A stretch of DNA of 64,000 nucleotides from Trichosphaerium sp. ATCC 40318. Lineage: Eukaryota; Protista; Tubulinea. The stretch spans positions 248,001-312,000 of the forward strand of contig JALMLS010000075.1 of NCBI GenBank assembly GCA_038496445.1. The letters run 5' to 3'. The translations under genes were made by a program, and so were the position numbers. Of this stretch, positions 1 to 12,504 are shown in pieces (within the stretch, counting starts at the first letter, position 1; every line of letters begins with the position of its first letter). The notes beneath the pieces are model-generated. The model saw nothing but the letters and a program-made list of their open reading frames with translations, was not told where the DNA came from and searched no databases.

Positions 1-1285
1 ATCATTTCCGATTTTGAGTAGATACGCTAAATACAAAACCATATGGTCTTCTACAAGAGGCACACCATAGTCTTTAAAACGAAACCATCCGCAAAAGAGT
101 GTATATTGGTTATAGTACTGCCTACGAAATCCGGCTGGGATCATTACTTTGGCTTTTATATTTTCTATATAAGCCAACTGCTCTGCTGAGAACTGACTGT
201 GGCAAGGCGGAGCTTCCATGATTCTGTCTAGGATTTAAGAGATATTTGTTTAAAAACCAAGACTCGACTCTCTTCGCTGCATTAGAGACACGTAAACAAA
301 CAATGTTGTGTTTTTCTTTATGCACCAACACGGGTAGTTGCATTGGGTTTGGGATCGTTGCATCAGTGATTTCAGATCGTTTACTGTGCTGATGTTCTTT
401 GCTAAGACTTGCAAAACTACACTGTAACAGAGCAGGGGAAACAAAATAAGGCCACTCAACCACAGAGCCTGCTCAAACCTGTAACGAACATCCCTTAACT
501 GAGAATTAAGCATGAAGTTTGTTAACATTAATTGAATGTTATATCTTACTACGTTGATGTCGTACGGATTATTTACCTGTTTACCTGTACAAAAAACATA
601 CTAGTCAACATTTAATCATTAAAAAAAGCAGTTTAGCGTTACTTTCGCTAAAAAGAGCTTCATTCTTTACACTGCGCCTAATCCTGCCGACATACTGGAC
701 AACAATTCGTTTCAGTAGTAATGATTCCTCCAGTACGCCTGACCAGTATCACTCAATCCATAAAAGAGTAATGGTGCTTGTAAAGTGTGTGCAAGCTATT
801 TTTGACTATTTTACGAACAGGAAAGTAGAAATTTTTTGAGGAAGTTCCTTCTTTTAAAGAATAAATTCCTTTCAAAACGCTTGCCAAATGCACGTGACGA
901 GTGAGAAGTTCCTTGTTTTCAAAACCATCAGCTACAATTCCCGCAAACGCAACGTAGTAGACAAGAAAACAGTTGCACAATATTTTTTCCGTAGTTTGGA
1001 GAAACAAGCAACGTAGCACTCTCAAGGCGGTATAAAGTACCCCACACAGAAGAGCGTTGTAGTGCAACTAAAATTAAAGTCCAAAAGTACTCTGAAGTAC
1101 TTGCTAAAAGCATATTAGAGAAATTCTCGACACCAAAAAAAAACTCGATAGCTTTTGATTCCAGCGCAAAACTATGCTTCTCACACGATTGTATTGACAA
1201 CGTATATTACACCAACGTACAAATTAAGAATTGACGTGTTCCATAACGAATATGGAACTTCCTCTGCTCTTTATTTACCTCAAAC

Positions 1286-1633
1286 ATGCTTGGAAAACGC
1301 AGCATGAGCGCTGAAAACAGTTACGGTGCTCCATCAAGCTATTATTCAACGTGGAGTATTCATAACGAACCAAAACGCTATAGTTCCGATAACATACCAC
1401 CAAACTTCAGCTACAACCCATATACCCAACCAATACAGACAAAAAACACTTGCAAAGCAAATGATCAAATACACGCTAAGTGTTCTCCACCAACTGGAAG
1501 TTCAATTCTCCGACCCGAGCCAGTCAAACCACAGGCAATACTACGCCGCAGTCACATAGAACGTCGCCCAGAGGGTCCTAATATATTACGCTGGAGGCAA
1601 GGTATATCAAAATGGGAAGTGGGGAAATATTGA
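1286..1633 (+). CDS. Hypothetical intronless protein (115 aa)
   Basis: ATG-initiated ORF in A-rich context (caaacATG), followed by an AT-rich 3' region. No recognisable domain. Confidence 0.4.
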   Translation: MLGKRSMSAENSYGAPSSYYSTWSIHNEPKRYSSDNIPPNFSYNPYTQPIQTKNTCKANDQIHAKCSPPTGSSILRPEPVKPQAILRRSHIERRPEGPNILRWRQGISKWEVGKY

Positions 1634-1992
1634 AAAAAAACGAAAGAGTAAGGTAGATAAAAACTTGTATTGTAGCGCTTGTATATTTGTAAAACAGTGT
1701 AAAAAAATAAACATTCTGATGAACACACGAACAAAAAACATTATAGATCTCTATTCTCATTGATGACACTTGACTTCATGAAGAAAACTGTCATTACCTT
1801 TTTTGTAAAAAATGTTTATGAATGACTCACGTTGTAATGGACGTAGCAGCATTCAACAAAGCTTTCAGGTTACACGCAATTAGTCTGGTTTTGTTTTTTA
1901 TGTTTTAAGGCCTGTAGACTAAGAAAAAACAGAAACTGCAGCAAGGGTTGGTATAAAATGTTCATTTATTTAAAGGTTCACAAAAATTAAAT

Positions 1993-3828
1993 TAATCAGT
2001 ACGCTCATAGCTGAACATGCTTCCGAAATCTCTCTCAACCTAAATTTAAATAAGATAAACAAACCTGAGAGCAAAAAAAAAAAGCCAAGAGTGTCCAACT
2101 CTTGCTGCGAGAAATCACGTGAAGTTCACAAAATAAAACAAGTTTAAAGACTTTTTTCTTTTTGTCTGCCTTCTTTTTACAAAATACGTACGATATCGAT
2201 AATAAAAGAACGGTCTTTAATGGTGACCTTTTTGCCTGCTTGGGCAACACCCTTTGCGACTTCAAGAACTTGAGATTCTTCAATAATAGCTACAGGGCAA
2301 CCTGGTTTGTACGCAACATCCTCAAACACATACTAAAAGAAAAAAAAGTTAGTTCTGCCCACAAAAGCAAATAAAAAATCCACAATTTACTAAATTAGAC
2401 ACGCCACAACCAACAAAAAGAATTGATCACGTGATACAGTTCCATTCAAATACCACTTGTGAAGAAGTTTGAACGATTTGAACTGCGTAGAGCCAAAACA
2501 AACAAATCACAAAAAAAAATAAAAAAGAATTCATGCGTACAGCGTCCAAGTTCTTTTCAAGCTCAGCTTCAACCATAAGTTTAGCGTGATACTTGTTGTA
2601 ATTATCAGTAGCTTGAGAAACAAGAGGCTCAACACCTCTAGAGACTGCGTAGTTACCGAGAGCTCTGTTATCTCTAGGGAAGCAAGGTCCACCAAAGCCG
2701 TAGCCTGGAAGAATGCACTTGGAACCTGTAGAAAAACATGTAAACAAAAAAGACCAACTAAGGAAAACGTGAATGCTGATGCGACATACCGATTCTAGAG
2801 TCACCGCCTACGGCCTTAAGAATATCAAACTTATTTGCACCTGGTGTGCGATCAGCAATATCTCCAACCATGTTTCTATGACGAAATACTTAGCGAGGGC
2901 GTTTTAGAAATAAGCAAGAAAACGCATGTACGCGAAGGAGATTTTTGTGGTAATGAAGCAATTAATCGATAGTTTGGTGATCTCAGCGCTCTCTGCTGAC
3001 ATTCTGCAGATGATTGGATCATTTGTGGTCATCTCTGCAAAGTTATTAGTAGAACACGTAAACAGTCTGCATACTCTTGTATGCTTCTTCCAAGTAGTCG
3101 CCAACGGCTTTTGAGCCTTCTCCAATGAGTACCTTGGCGTTCGTAAGTTTTATGAGTTTTCCTTCAAAATGAGCTCTTTTGTACCATATCAGGCTTGAAA
3201 AGACCTTGAACAATGGCTCCTTGAGCGATGAATTCTGGGTTGTAGCTCAAAGTTGAGTCTGGGCAATCCCTAATCAAGAAACGGCCGACAGAGTGAATAT
3301 AACCTGGTAAAACGGTGCAACCAATGATCTAAAGGTAAATATAAGCGCTTTTACGCAATAATTTACGAAAAACGTACAAATGATTTACCGGAAGGCTTGT
3401 GTTTGTTCTATCGATATGTTAGTGGTTTAAACGCGAAATCAAAAGTTTTATCGTACGATAGCTTGCAAAACATTTGAGAGTTTGGAGTGATCGTAACTCT
3501 TGTCTCCGGAACCAGTAGGGGTGTCGACCATGATAAAGATAATATCAGAGTGAGCCAAGCCTTCTTCGAGAGAAGAAGTGGCTTTAAAGTTTTTGCACTC
3601 TTTTAACATGTCTGTTACTTGAGGCTCACGAGAAACAAACGTTCTGTTGTTCAATTTCTCTACGTAAGGTGGAATGATGTCAATACCAAGCACATCATAG
3701 CCAGCTTTCTCTAATACGAGTGCGAGGCATATACCTAAGCGTCCAACGCCTTTTAAAAAGTCAGTGGGGTACTAAAACAAAAAGGAATGAGATGAGTACG
3801 AACCAACCAAAGTAATTTTGTTGCTCAT
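1993..3828 (-). CDS. UDP-glucose/GDP-mannose dehydrogenase family protein (multi-exon)
   Basis: Spliced N-terminus MSNKITLVG|VGRLGICLA (Rossmann fold), IFIMVDTP, SYNPEFIAQG, SAEITKLSIN, catalytic GYGFGGPCFPRD. Ends SYERTD*. Confidence 0.9.
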
Positions 3829-4019
3829 GATGTTGTCTAGTTAAAGGAAGAAAGGTATGGCTAAGTGATCTTATTTTCTGACACTTACACAACTTAAACG
3901 CGTCAAAACAAACAGAATACGACATTAACAACACTTATCTTATGCGTAAAGCATATTTTATTCAATAACAAACAATAAAGTTGCCCCAAAATGTTTTAGT
4001 TTGATGGGGAATCCAAGAC

Positions 4020-4680
4020 TTAAGATCTTTCGCCACGTAAGCGCCTTGCAAGTAGCATATCTGCACAAACAAAAAAAGGTAAATACAACTTCTTGTTTAG
4101 AAAAAAATCTAAAGGCGCGTACCTTTTGGCATAATGGAGGTTCGTTTGGCGTGGATGGCACATAAGTTGGTGTCTTGTGATGCAGTGTCAGTTAATGACA
4201 TCTATGTCAAGAAGAAAGTACCTTCAAATAATCCAACAATGTAGTGCTCAGCTGCTTCGTGAAGGGCTGACATAGCAGCTTGTTGCCATTTCAAGTCAGT
4301 TTTGTAATCTTGTCCAATTTCTCTGACAACTTCAGGTTTGTGTTAGAGAAGCGGTGAACATCAATTGAGCGTACGCCGTTGGAATGCAGTTCTTCGAATT
4401 AGTAGTTCGGTTGATTTTTGGTATCTGCGTATTTCTCTTAGGGCTACAGTACCTGTGTTGTTTCGTTAAACGATATATACTTGTTTTTACACTGTACCTG
4501 GTCGAAAGCGATGTGGCTTCTTAATACCACCAACCATTGATATATGGACTCTAACGCGCATATTAGATTAATATTAAACAGAATAGTTACGTGCGATTTT
4601 CTGGCGGCTTTTGAGGCAATAGACTTGCGCGGTGCCTTTCCACCAGTAGATTTACGGGCAGTTTGCTTGGTTCTAGCCAT
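4020..4680 (-). CDS. H3: Histone H3, divergent variant (5 introns)
   Basis: [19 protein letters not shown]...[30 protein letters not shown]...[15 protein letters not shown]...[10 protein letters not shown] after splicing. Confidence 0.95.
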
Positions 4681-4999
4681 GGCGGTTTCTTCTCCTAAAC
4701 AAATATTCAAAAATGCATAATAAAAATGTTGACTTACGCTTTTTTGGTGTTTTGTACTTTCTTCGCGCCTGTCTTCACGTCCAATTCACCTCTTTCGCGG
4801 GAACAATCAAAAAACATGCGGAACGCACAGCAAAAACGCGAATCAAGGTAGGTGAAAGCCAAATAAACGTGTAGTGGCAAAGCGTGTTTACAGCAAAAAA
4901 ACAGTGCTCGTAGTCCATGGAACATGTCACAATCGTTTCTGTAGTATAAAATTAACTGAAATTAGCAAACCGCCTGTTAGTGTTGCCATACTCGATAAT

Positions 5000-5834
5000 A
5001 TGATGGCGGGAATGCAAAATATACGACAGGATCTTGTTTCGAAGGAGAAGGAACTCAATACTTTACGCGGAGATGCAAAAATAGCCTCAGTACGCCTGGC
5101 TCTACTCAAGCAAGAGAAAGAAGAAAAAGACTTCGAAGTGAGACGTATGGCTGCCCGTCTAACACGTGAACAAAAAGAAAAAAAAGAACTTCAAGATGAC
5201 CTTGACGCAGCACTATTAGAAATAGAGCGTTTGCGCAGTGAGGCTTCTAGGTACATCCACTATTATCCTAAAATGCACAACAGATCATTACATTAACTTT
5301 GAGGCTCTAAATCAAGAGCAGTTGATGATTTTCCGCTATTTGTTGACTTGGTTTTTTGTTTATTTAAATGAACTTGTCATCGCTGATTTGTGGTTATTCT
5401 TTAGATGTGATGTCTTTAAGAATTCTTTGGCACATACACAAGACGATTTAAGATTCGAAAAGAATACAACAAGGCTATTAAAGGAAGAAACAGCATCATT
5501 ATCAGCTGTGATTGAGCAGCTAAAAATTGATTTAAAATCTTCACATTCTGGGCATTCAGTTGTTGATAAGTTCATGTGCCAGGTATGTATTTTACTTTTC
5601 TAATTATATACTTAAAGTATTTAGATATGTATGGAGGCTCCTATAAACACATTATTTTGGCCTTGCAAGCATGCTATCAGGTGATAATAATTCCCAAAAA
5701 ATTCTTAAGATGATTTCGCTAACATTTTTATAAGTTGCTTCTCTTGTGCACGTGAGATGTATCGAGGAAAAAAAGTATGTCCAATATGTTGTCAAGCTGC
5801 TTCAATTGAGAGATTTTATGCAAACTATTCGTGA
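5000..5834 (+). CDS. Coiled-coil protein with C-terminal RING finger (probable E3 ligase)
   Basis: Heptad-rich N-terminus. Spliced C-terminus CQICMEAPINTLFWPCKHAI.CFSCA...CPICC fits a C3HC4 RING. Confidence 0.8.
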
Positions 5835-6223
5835 CAGTACCCTCGAAGGAAAAGTTCTTACCCACAAGTCAAAAGACACACATATTGTAAAATACTAAAT
5901 TGTACTTTTTAACCGCTCGTCACCAAAATAGGTCATTCGCCTTTTTTCTCTGAGTAAATCGTTTCTTCGTTACTGTGTAAAGGGTCTTTTGAGTTTTTAC
6001 GTATTCTTTGACGCTTATGAGTGACGTAAAGCGTAGCTCAAGTTCGAAAAAACAATTATACTCAGCACACTGTGATATGTCAATATTTGACTAGTATCGT
6101 ATTTATGTCAATACGTAACAAATAAGCCCGTATAAATTCATTCGAATAACTTCATACACGTCAAATGAGCGTTTATTTTTTGCTTTTGAATACATTTTCT
6201 TTTAATGTTGCGTTTGCTTCTAA

Positions 6224-6466
6224 TTAGTCCCTGAGACAACCACGTACGCTAGACGAGTAACCAGCAGGAAACCGTCCACACATACGCGTTCTTCCTTTAT
6301 TGCAAAGGGCTATAGCTGAACACCTGAAATACGCAGTACGACAACAAGTAGCTCTAGTCATGGTATTCGACCTCCTTGTCCTGTATTTCCGTCTACGCGA
6401 GTCGACTACTGATGCAAGCAATACGCAAATAAGAAGTGCTACAAGGATTCTGCTGGACATTAACAT
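6224..6466 (-). CDS. Small secreted Arg/Cys-rich peptide (80 aa)
   Basis: Signal peptide ILVALLICVLLASVVDS, then a strongly basic mature region with 6 Cys. Intronless. Confidence 0.7.
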   Translation of the reverse strand: MLMSSRILVALLICVLLASVVDSRRRKYRTRRSNTMTRATCCRTAYFRCSAIALCNKGRTRMCGRFPAGYSSSVRGCLRD

Positions 6467-7309
6467 GTTGCGTCCTTTTATAAGGTGTATCAGTCTAAAT
6501 TAGACTATAACTTGACTTTTTTGGTCTTGCAACAACCTAAAATAGCATTTTTTGCTTCATCTGCTACTACAGTATTAGATAAGTTGTTATACTGTCACTA
6601 CTCAACTCGCTTGCGCGAGAGAAAAAGCCACAATCTTCACCATGTACTCGTTGTACTACAACTGTAACAAAATGTGAAAACGGAAAACGACGCAAAGTAG
6701 TCGCTAGTAACTAATACAATGCTACAGTAGTCGGCAACGAAGTTACAATAAAAACCAGCAACATTAACGCGAGAAATCGCTTAAACTTTCCAATTTTGAA
6801 TTGACTTAAAAAAACGGCCTACTTTTAAAAGGCCACTCCCGATTGTCAACACGCACGTGACTGCCTTCTCTTAGGCTCACGTTAAGTAATCTATAAGGAT
6901 ATACTTATGGATAGCTTGCAGAGTTGCACGAGGCCTACCTATGCTCACAAACCATCCCGAAAAATCAGGCGTGGCAAAGTTATTTCAGGTCAAATCATAT
7001 GTGACTTGAGTGTTTGCAACAGAAACAAGGGATGTACCCAATGAAAACTTCACCTTCGATGCTACAAACACAACTGCACTAGCTTAGTACTAAACCTGTG
7101 TTCCCATCCGTCCAGACTAATTAAATGCACGTGTGTTCCAGAAGCTATTGCAATGCTCCTTAGGATACGTTTGTGGACAACTTACAACATAGAGGTTTCA
7201 ACTTGGCACTCTGGTTAAGCGATCAAAAATCTGTGAAATTTCATTGTTTTTGACTCATCTTTGTTGTATCAAAACGTACTACGTTTTCACTTCACTTCTA
7301 CGCGTTAAA

Positions 7310-8005
7310 ATGAACACTCCATCACCTACAAGCAATAATTACCAACCACAAAAACATTTTATCTCAAAGTCTCAGTTACGCCAAAAATTGCGTACGAGTA
7401 AACGTACGCCGTCTCAGAAAGCAAGTGTGTTGTTGCAAAAAGGAAAAAAAGACCAAAACTCCATCTTGTTTATAGTCTTTTCGAATATCGTACTTAGTTT
7501 TATTAGGTTTTACAGGTACTGATGGTAATGATTGGATGGAGATGGAGACATTAAGAAACAAGAAAAATAAAGCAAGAAAGTATCAATGTCGACGGAGAAA
7601 ATCGAGTAAACCTTTACCTCCTGGTATGATTTTTTGTCAAATGTCAAGTGCTACAAAAAGTCGTTTTCTTATATAGTCTATTTGTTTAGAAGTTGAAGAA
7701 TATCTTCGGTTAATGACACCATTCCTGGGAAAGTAATAAAAAGAAAAAAAAGATATCTTAAAGAAATTGTAAACTGAGCCAATCTTTGTAAGTCACTTAA
7801 TGGTTTGGTAGCCCATTTTGGATCCTTTCTGTATTCTCACTCCCTTATAAGTTTGCTTCTTTTTGCAGCAAACAAGTTGTACATTCCCTTGTCCTACACT
7901 TACTTAATAAACCCGCTGTACAATGAAGGTTGTTCTAAAATCTATATCGATCCAATCCAACATATTTGGCACGCCACACTCACAATCATTGCTGACAATA
8001 TGTAA
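7310..8005 (+). CDS. Hypothetical spliced protein (basic N-terminus)
   Basis: aaaATG start and plausible GT-AG introns joining short coding-like exons. No domain recognised and boundaries are uncertain. Confidence 0.3.
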
Positions 8006-8469
8006 GCAAGGGTAAGGTTCCGTGCTAAGCGAAACCGAACAGGGCTACTTAGTACTTGCATTCAGTGTCTCCTGGTCAACACGTGTGGTTCTCGGCACTA
8101 AATCTTAACTACTCCGCCTTTTTATTTCGTTCCTTAGCTTGACTCTTAACGTAATTTAGTAAGCCACGTGACGTTCGTGTGAGAGGTTGGAAGACGCATC
8201 TGGAGAAATTGCTTGTACTATTTTGTGTGAACTGGTAAAACCTAGCTACCTACACGTGACACCAACATTACTTTCTTTGTTCTCTTTCGTTGTCTCAAGT
8301 ACTTATAGAGCATGGGGCTTGACTTTGTGATCTTCTTAATCGAAACAAAACCTTTTTCTTAGCTTTCTCAGAAGCTGCTTTTAGGAAACCGTAAGAAATT
8401 TTCACACATAAAACAAATCAGACAACATCAACAACAAATCAATAACATAGCAAACTGAAAAGAAAGAAA

Positions 8470-9847
8470 ATGGCAACAATAACTTCAGAAGAATTAAATT
8501 TTATTAAAAACACGTGTATCGGCCAGCTAGTAGCTGATAAGACTGACCTTTACTACTGCAAAACAAGTAAGTATCTACAAAGGCATACACGTATGTTTAA
8601 TAGGTCAACCATAGCGACTCCTATTTCCGAGGTTTTACAAATCTTATACGAACATGACATTTTATCTGTTCCTGTTTACGATGACACATACCAGAGATGG
8701 AAAGGTAAGCGTCTATAACGCTATGAAGGACTTTATTCTAACGAGTGGTTAAGGTATTCTCCATATCATGGATATAATAGGCCACGTGGCATTTAATGAG
8801 GTACGTAAAGCTGAAACGTGATTTTTGAGCTGTTTGTGATTATTGTGTTCACTAAACTCCTTTTCTGATAGTGGGCACCAAACATACCATACACTAATGA
8901 AAATATTCAAAAATTTTCAGGATTAGATGCGCCTGCTGTATCACTATTAGGTTCGCACGACAAAAGAGATGTCAAAAAGTCAGTTTTATACTAAGGTTTT
9001 GTTAAAGGCAGAACAAAAGAGGGCAAGACGGTCCACGTGTTTGAACCAACTTCCAGATTATCTGCTGTATTTAGAGTAAGATATTAGCACTGTAGTTTTC
9101 CGCTCATAATTTGTAGGTTCTCGGAGATGGCGTGCATAGAGTGCTTGTCAATCAAAAAGACAATAATAATAAAAAGGTTTTCAGAGTCTTCACTCAAACC
9201 GATGCAGCGAACTTTATCCTTAAGAACGCAGACAAATTCACACCTACGTTATCAAATCCTATATCAAGCTTAAAAGCCGGCACATTCTTCTCAAATGGCA
9301 CATCAATAAAACCCATGTACACAGGCTAATCCTTCAATAGTCGTCAAGATGACAGTTGCAGACACAGCTCTTAAAGGGTTTCAAATAATGGCTAGTAAAC
9401 AAATACCTGCGCTTGCCATTGAAGATAGAGGCGAACTGGTTGGTACTCTATCATCATCTGATTTGAGAGGTAAGCGTTTTTTTGGTTCAAATAAACCACG
9501 TGATTGTTTTAATTTTAACAACAAATGTAGGTGTTACAAAGGAAGCTCTTCCAAGTATAAACTTACCAGTTATGGAGTTCTTGGTACTACGTAACTCTGG
9601 AAAAGCGCCTTATAAGGGCGCAGCAAATATTGATGATTTGCTTGGTCACGCTTTAGAGAAAATAGTTGAACATCACATCCACAGGTAAGCTTAGTTTGCG
9701 TGAAAGAGGCGACACATTGTTGGTCAATTAAATAGACTTGATTGTTAACTTTGCAATTGTAGGGTATGGGTTGTTGATAACGTAGGAAGTGTAAAAGGTG
9801 TTATATCTCTTACAGACATAATTGAAAGATTCAGTGAGTTTCTTTAA
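8470..9847 (+). CDS. CBS-domain protein (AMPK gamma/SNF4-like, about 4 CBS motifs)
   Basis: ILSVPVYD, GVHRVLV, IPALAIEDRGELVGTLSSSDL, HIHRVWVVDNVGSVKGVISLTDII. Confidence 0.9.
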
Positions 9848-11493
9848 GAATAAAAAAAGATTAAAGAGGCGGTTTCGATTTATTTTAGTCCACTATCCCA
9901 CTTGCCATTTTGGTGTGAAAAGTGACAATCAGTAATCGTAGTGACGCTCAAAAAGAAACCCATTAACCGTTTCTAAGTGTTACACTTTCACATGGTGATA
10001 TAAGTGAAGTACATTTATACTTCCTTGTGCACTCCATTTAATGGTATAAACCCGTTGCAAGTATTTCAATTACACCTTGACAGGAATTGACTCAGATTAT
10101 TGACAGAAACTTGTATCAATCTATTCTGCGTTTTGAAATTTCACCTCATTTGCACTCTGTACATGCCTTTTGACCATTATACGAGAGAAACTTAAGTTTT
10201 GTGTTTGTGTAATCCTAAGCGGATTCTCTAAATAACACATGTGTTGACTTTTTTTCAGAGTTTAATTCGTCTTTTGATCACTTGTACCAGCTGGTAGGTT
10301 TACGTATTTGTTATATAGTTTAATAATAACCCACAAGTCGATTTGATTAGTATTTCAAGCGTTGAAATCAATCGTTTAGCAGTGCACTGTGAGCAAAAAA
10401 AACAGTGCCTTCGTACATCAAAAAAATCCTAAGTACGTGTTTGGACTGCGTTCTGTGGTACTCTAATTAGCAGGTAGAGAAACATACAAGTAGGCCTCTG
10501 TAGTACACCATTATTTCTTGAGATTACTTATTCTTGGGTTGGGAAAGGTGTCAAATACTGTTATCAACAAATAATTAAAGACTTTCTCTGGAACAATGTT
10601 CTCATTTGGACTATGAAGTGAAACCAAAAGTTGACAAGATCAACTATTTACACAAAATTATTTAGCGTGTGAGAGTTATTGGTAAGACAATTGTGTTTTT
10701 CAAAGCATAAGACGGCTAATAAGCAAAAACATTATTTTTTGTTCGAGTTCTTCAACTTGGGTTTTTTTGCAATTGCAAAGCGTCTCTGTTTAGGTACAAG
10801 TTACGAAGGTAACCTTGAAATCCTATGTTTTGAACGTAAAATCTTGTTTGTGAGAAAATGCTAAACGCCATTATAAATGTTTTCAACGCACCAACAATAC
10901 GCAATGAGCGACTCTTGGGTTATTTATCAGCTTTAGAACAATACCCTTTAACATAGCACCATTATGCTTTTAAAGTCCCAGATATGATACAATAATACCT
11001 TCGGTACAACTGGTTGCACCAGTACTGACTTTTACACAATTATGTTCATGAAAGCGAGTTTTAACGCAAAACTGAAGGTGAAGTTCTGACCCAAAATCTC
11101 AAGTTGCGAAACTTGTTCTACGAAGTAAATAAACACCGTTTAGCCACGTTTCGGGTCGTTTTCGCAATACATTATGGTACTGCTTTTCCATTAATTGCCA
11201 ACCCGCGTACGGTTTAATGCTCTCTACTATAATAACACCGCTTATACAACTTACTGACGGTATTTAAAAGTTTGTAGAGCGACAATTCTAGAAAAAGAAA
11301 CTTTTCTCCAAATTTGCTTGCTGTCTATCGGAAAAACGTACAAATGTATAAAAAACCCTTGCATACGCCTTACGAATGTATATGTACCATTTTAACCTGT
11401 TTTTCACAGAAAAAATTACGGATCTCCTCTCACACGTTGTTACACGGAGGATTCAGCCAAACGTTTAGAATATCATTAATTATATACAACACA

Positions 11494-12006
11494 ATGAATC
11501 ACATCAACATGCAAACATATTCACTTGAAGGAGAAGGCTGTAGGATATTCATAGGCAACGTACAAGATCTATCAACTTGTCACATTTATGTCGGTGATAT
11601 GCCTCCTTCACATAAGACAGCAGGACACTTTAGAATACAATGGAAGAATGAGAAAACAACGACAACAAAAAAAAGAAAGTATAATCGGTCAGTAACAAGG
11701 ATGACAAGAAAAAGCGTAAATGATGATACAAGGAGTGACGACGAACAAGAACAAGTAATTATTGAGGTCAATCAACAACAAAGCAACAAAAGACAAAAAA
11801 CAATGATGACGTCGATAGTACAAAAACAACAAAACAGTTTAATCCCTACCATTATTATACCTGATGAACCAATGCCGACAGTTGAAACAGACGATCTTAA
11901 CGTATTAGCATTTGATCCAAACTTGCTTCTAAGTCCTGCTTTGGATAGCTTTCTGCAATGGGACCTAGAGGCTCCTCTAAGCTTTGACCAGCAATGGGAC
12001 TTTTAA
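11494..12006 (+). CDS. Hypothetical intronless protein with basic NLS-like stretch and acidic C-terminus
   Basis: Long ORF with acaATG start; KKRKYNR motif; acidic/hydrophobic tail. No family recognised. Confidence 0.5.
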   Translation: MNHINMQTYSLEGEGCRIFIGNVQDLSTCHIYVGDMPPSHKTAGHFRIQWKNEKTTTTKKRKYNRSVTRMTRKSVNDDTRSDDEQEQVIIEVNQQQSNKRQKTMMTSIVQKQQNSLIPTIIIPDEPMPTVETDDLNVLAFDPNLLLSPALDSFLQWDLEAPLSFDQQWDF

Positions 12007-12504
12007 AGCTCTAAGGCGGATTGCGACAACCCTGTATTAGTAGAAAAAACACAAAGACACCTGTAGATAAAAACCCATGTAGATGAATAATAATATTAAA
12101 ATATGTAAATAAACAATATCGCTCAAAACAAAGTTGCACTTTTACTACAATCCACTTCACATACCACTCACGCTATCCAAATAAACTCAAACACAATCGC
12201 AAAGGATCAACTAGTGTTACAAAAGCTACGACAGCAGGTATCGAACCACAAGGTCGCACCCGACCTTGAAACAACAAAAAAGCAAAAAGTTTACACCAAA
12301 AAAAAAAAAGACCTTAAGCACTTGAACGTTGTTTAAGGCCTTCTCTTGACATAGAAAAAAAACTGAAACAACAAATCCGAAATATTACATAAAACTTGAC
12401 TTGTTTTTTGATTTACATTTTATACTGCACTCACACAGCGCGCACAGGCTTGAGGAGGAAATTTTTTTTTTTGTTTTAGGTTGGTTTTTTGTTTCTTGCG
12501 ACTT

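Noticed and set aside
1-1200. Overlapping minus-strand ORFs with possible splice sites and a CPVC motif
   Set aside because: Could not build a consistent stop-free gene model or recognise a family.
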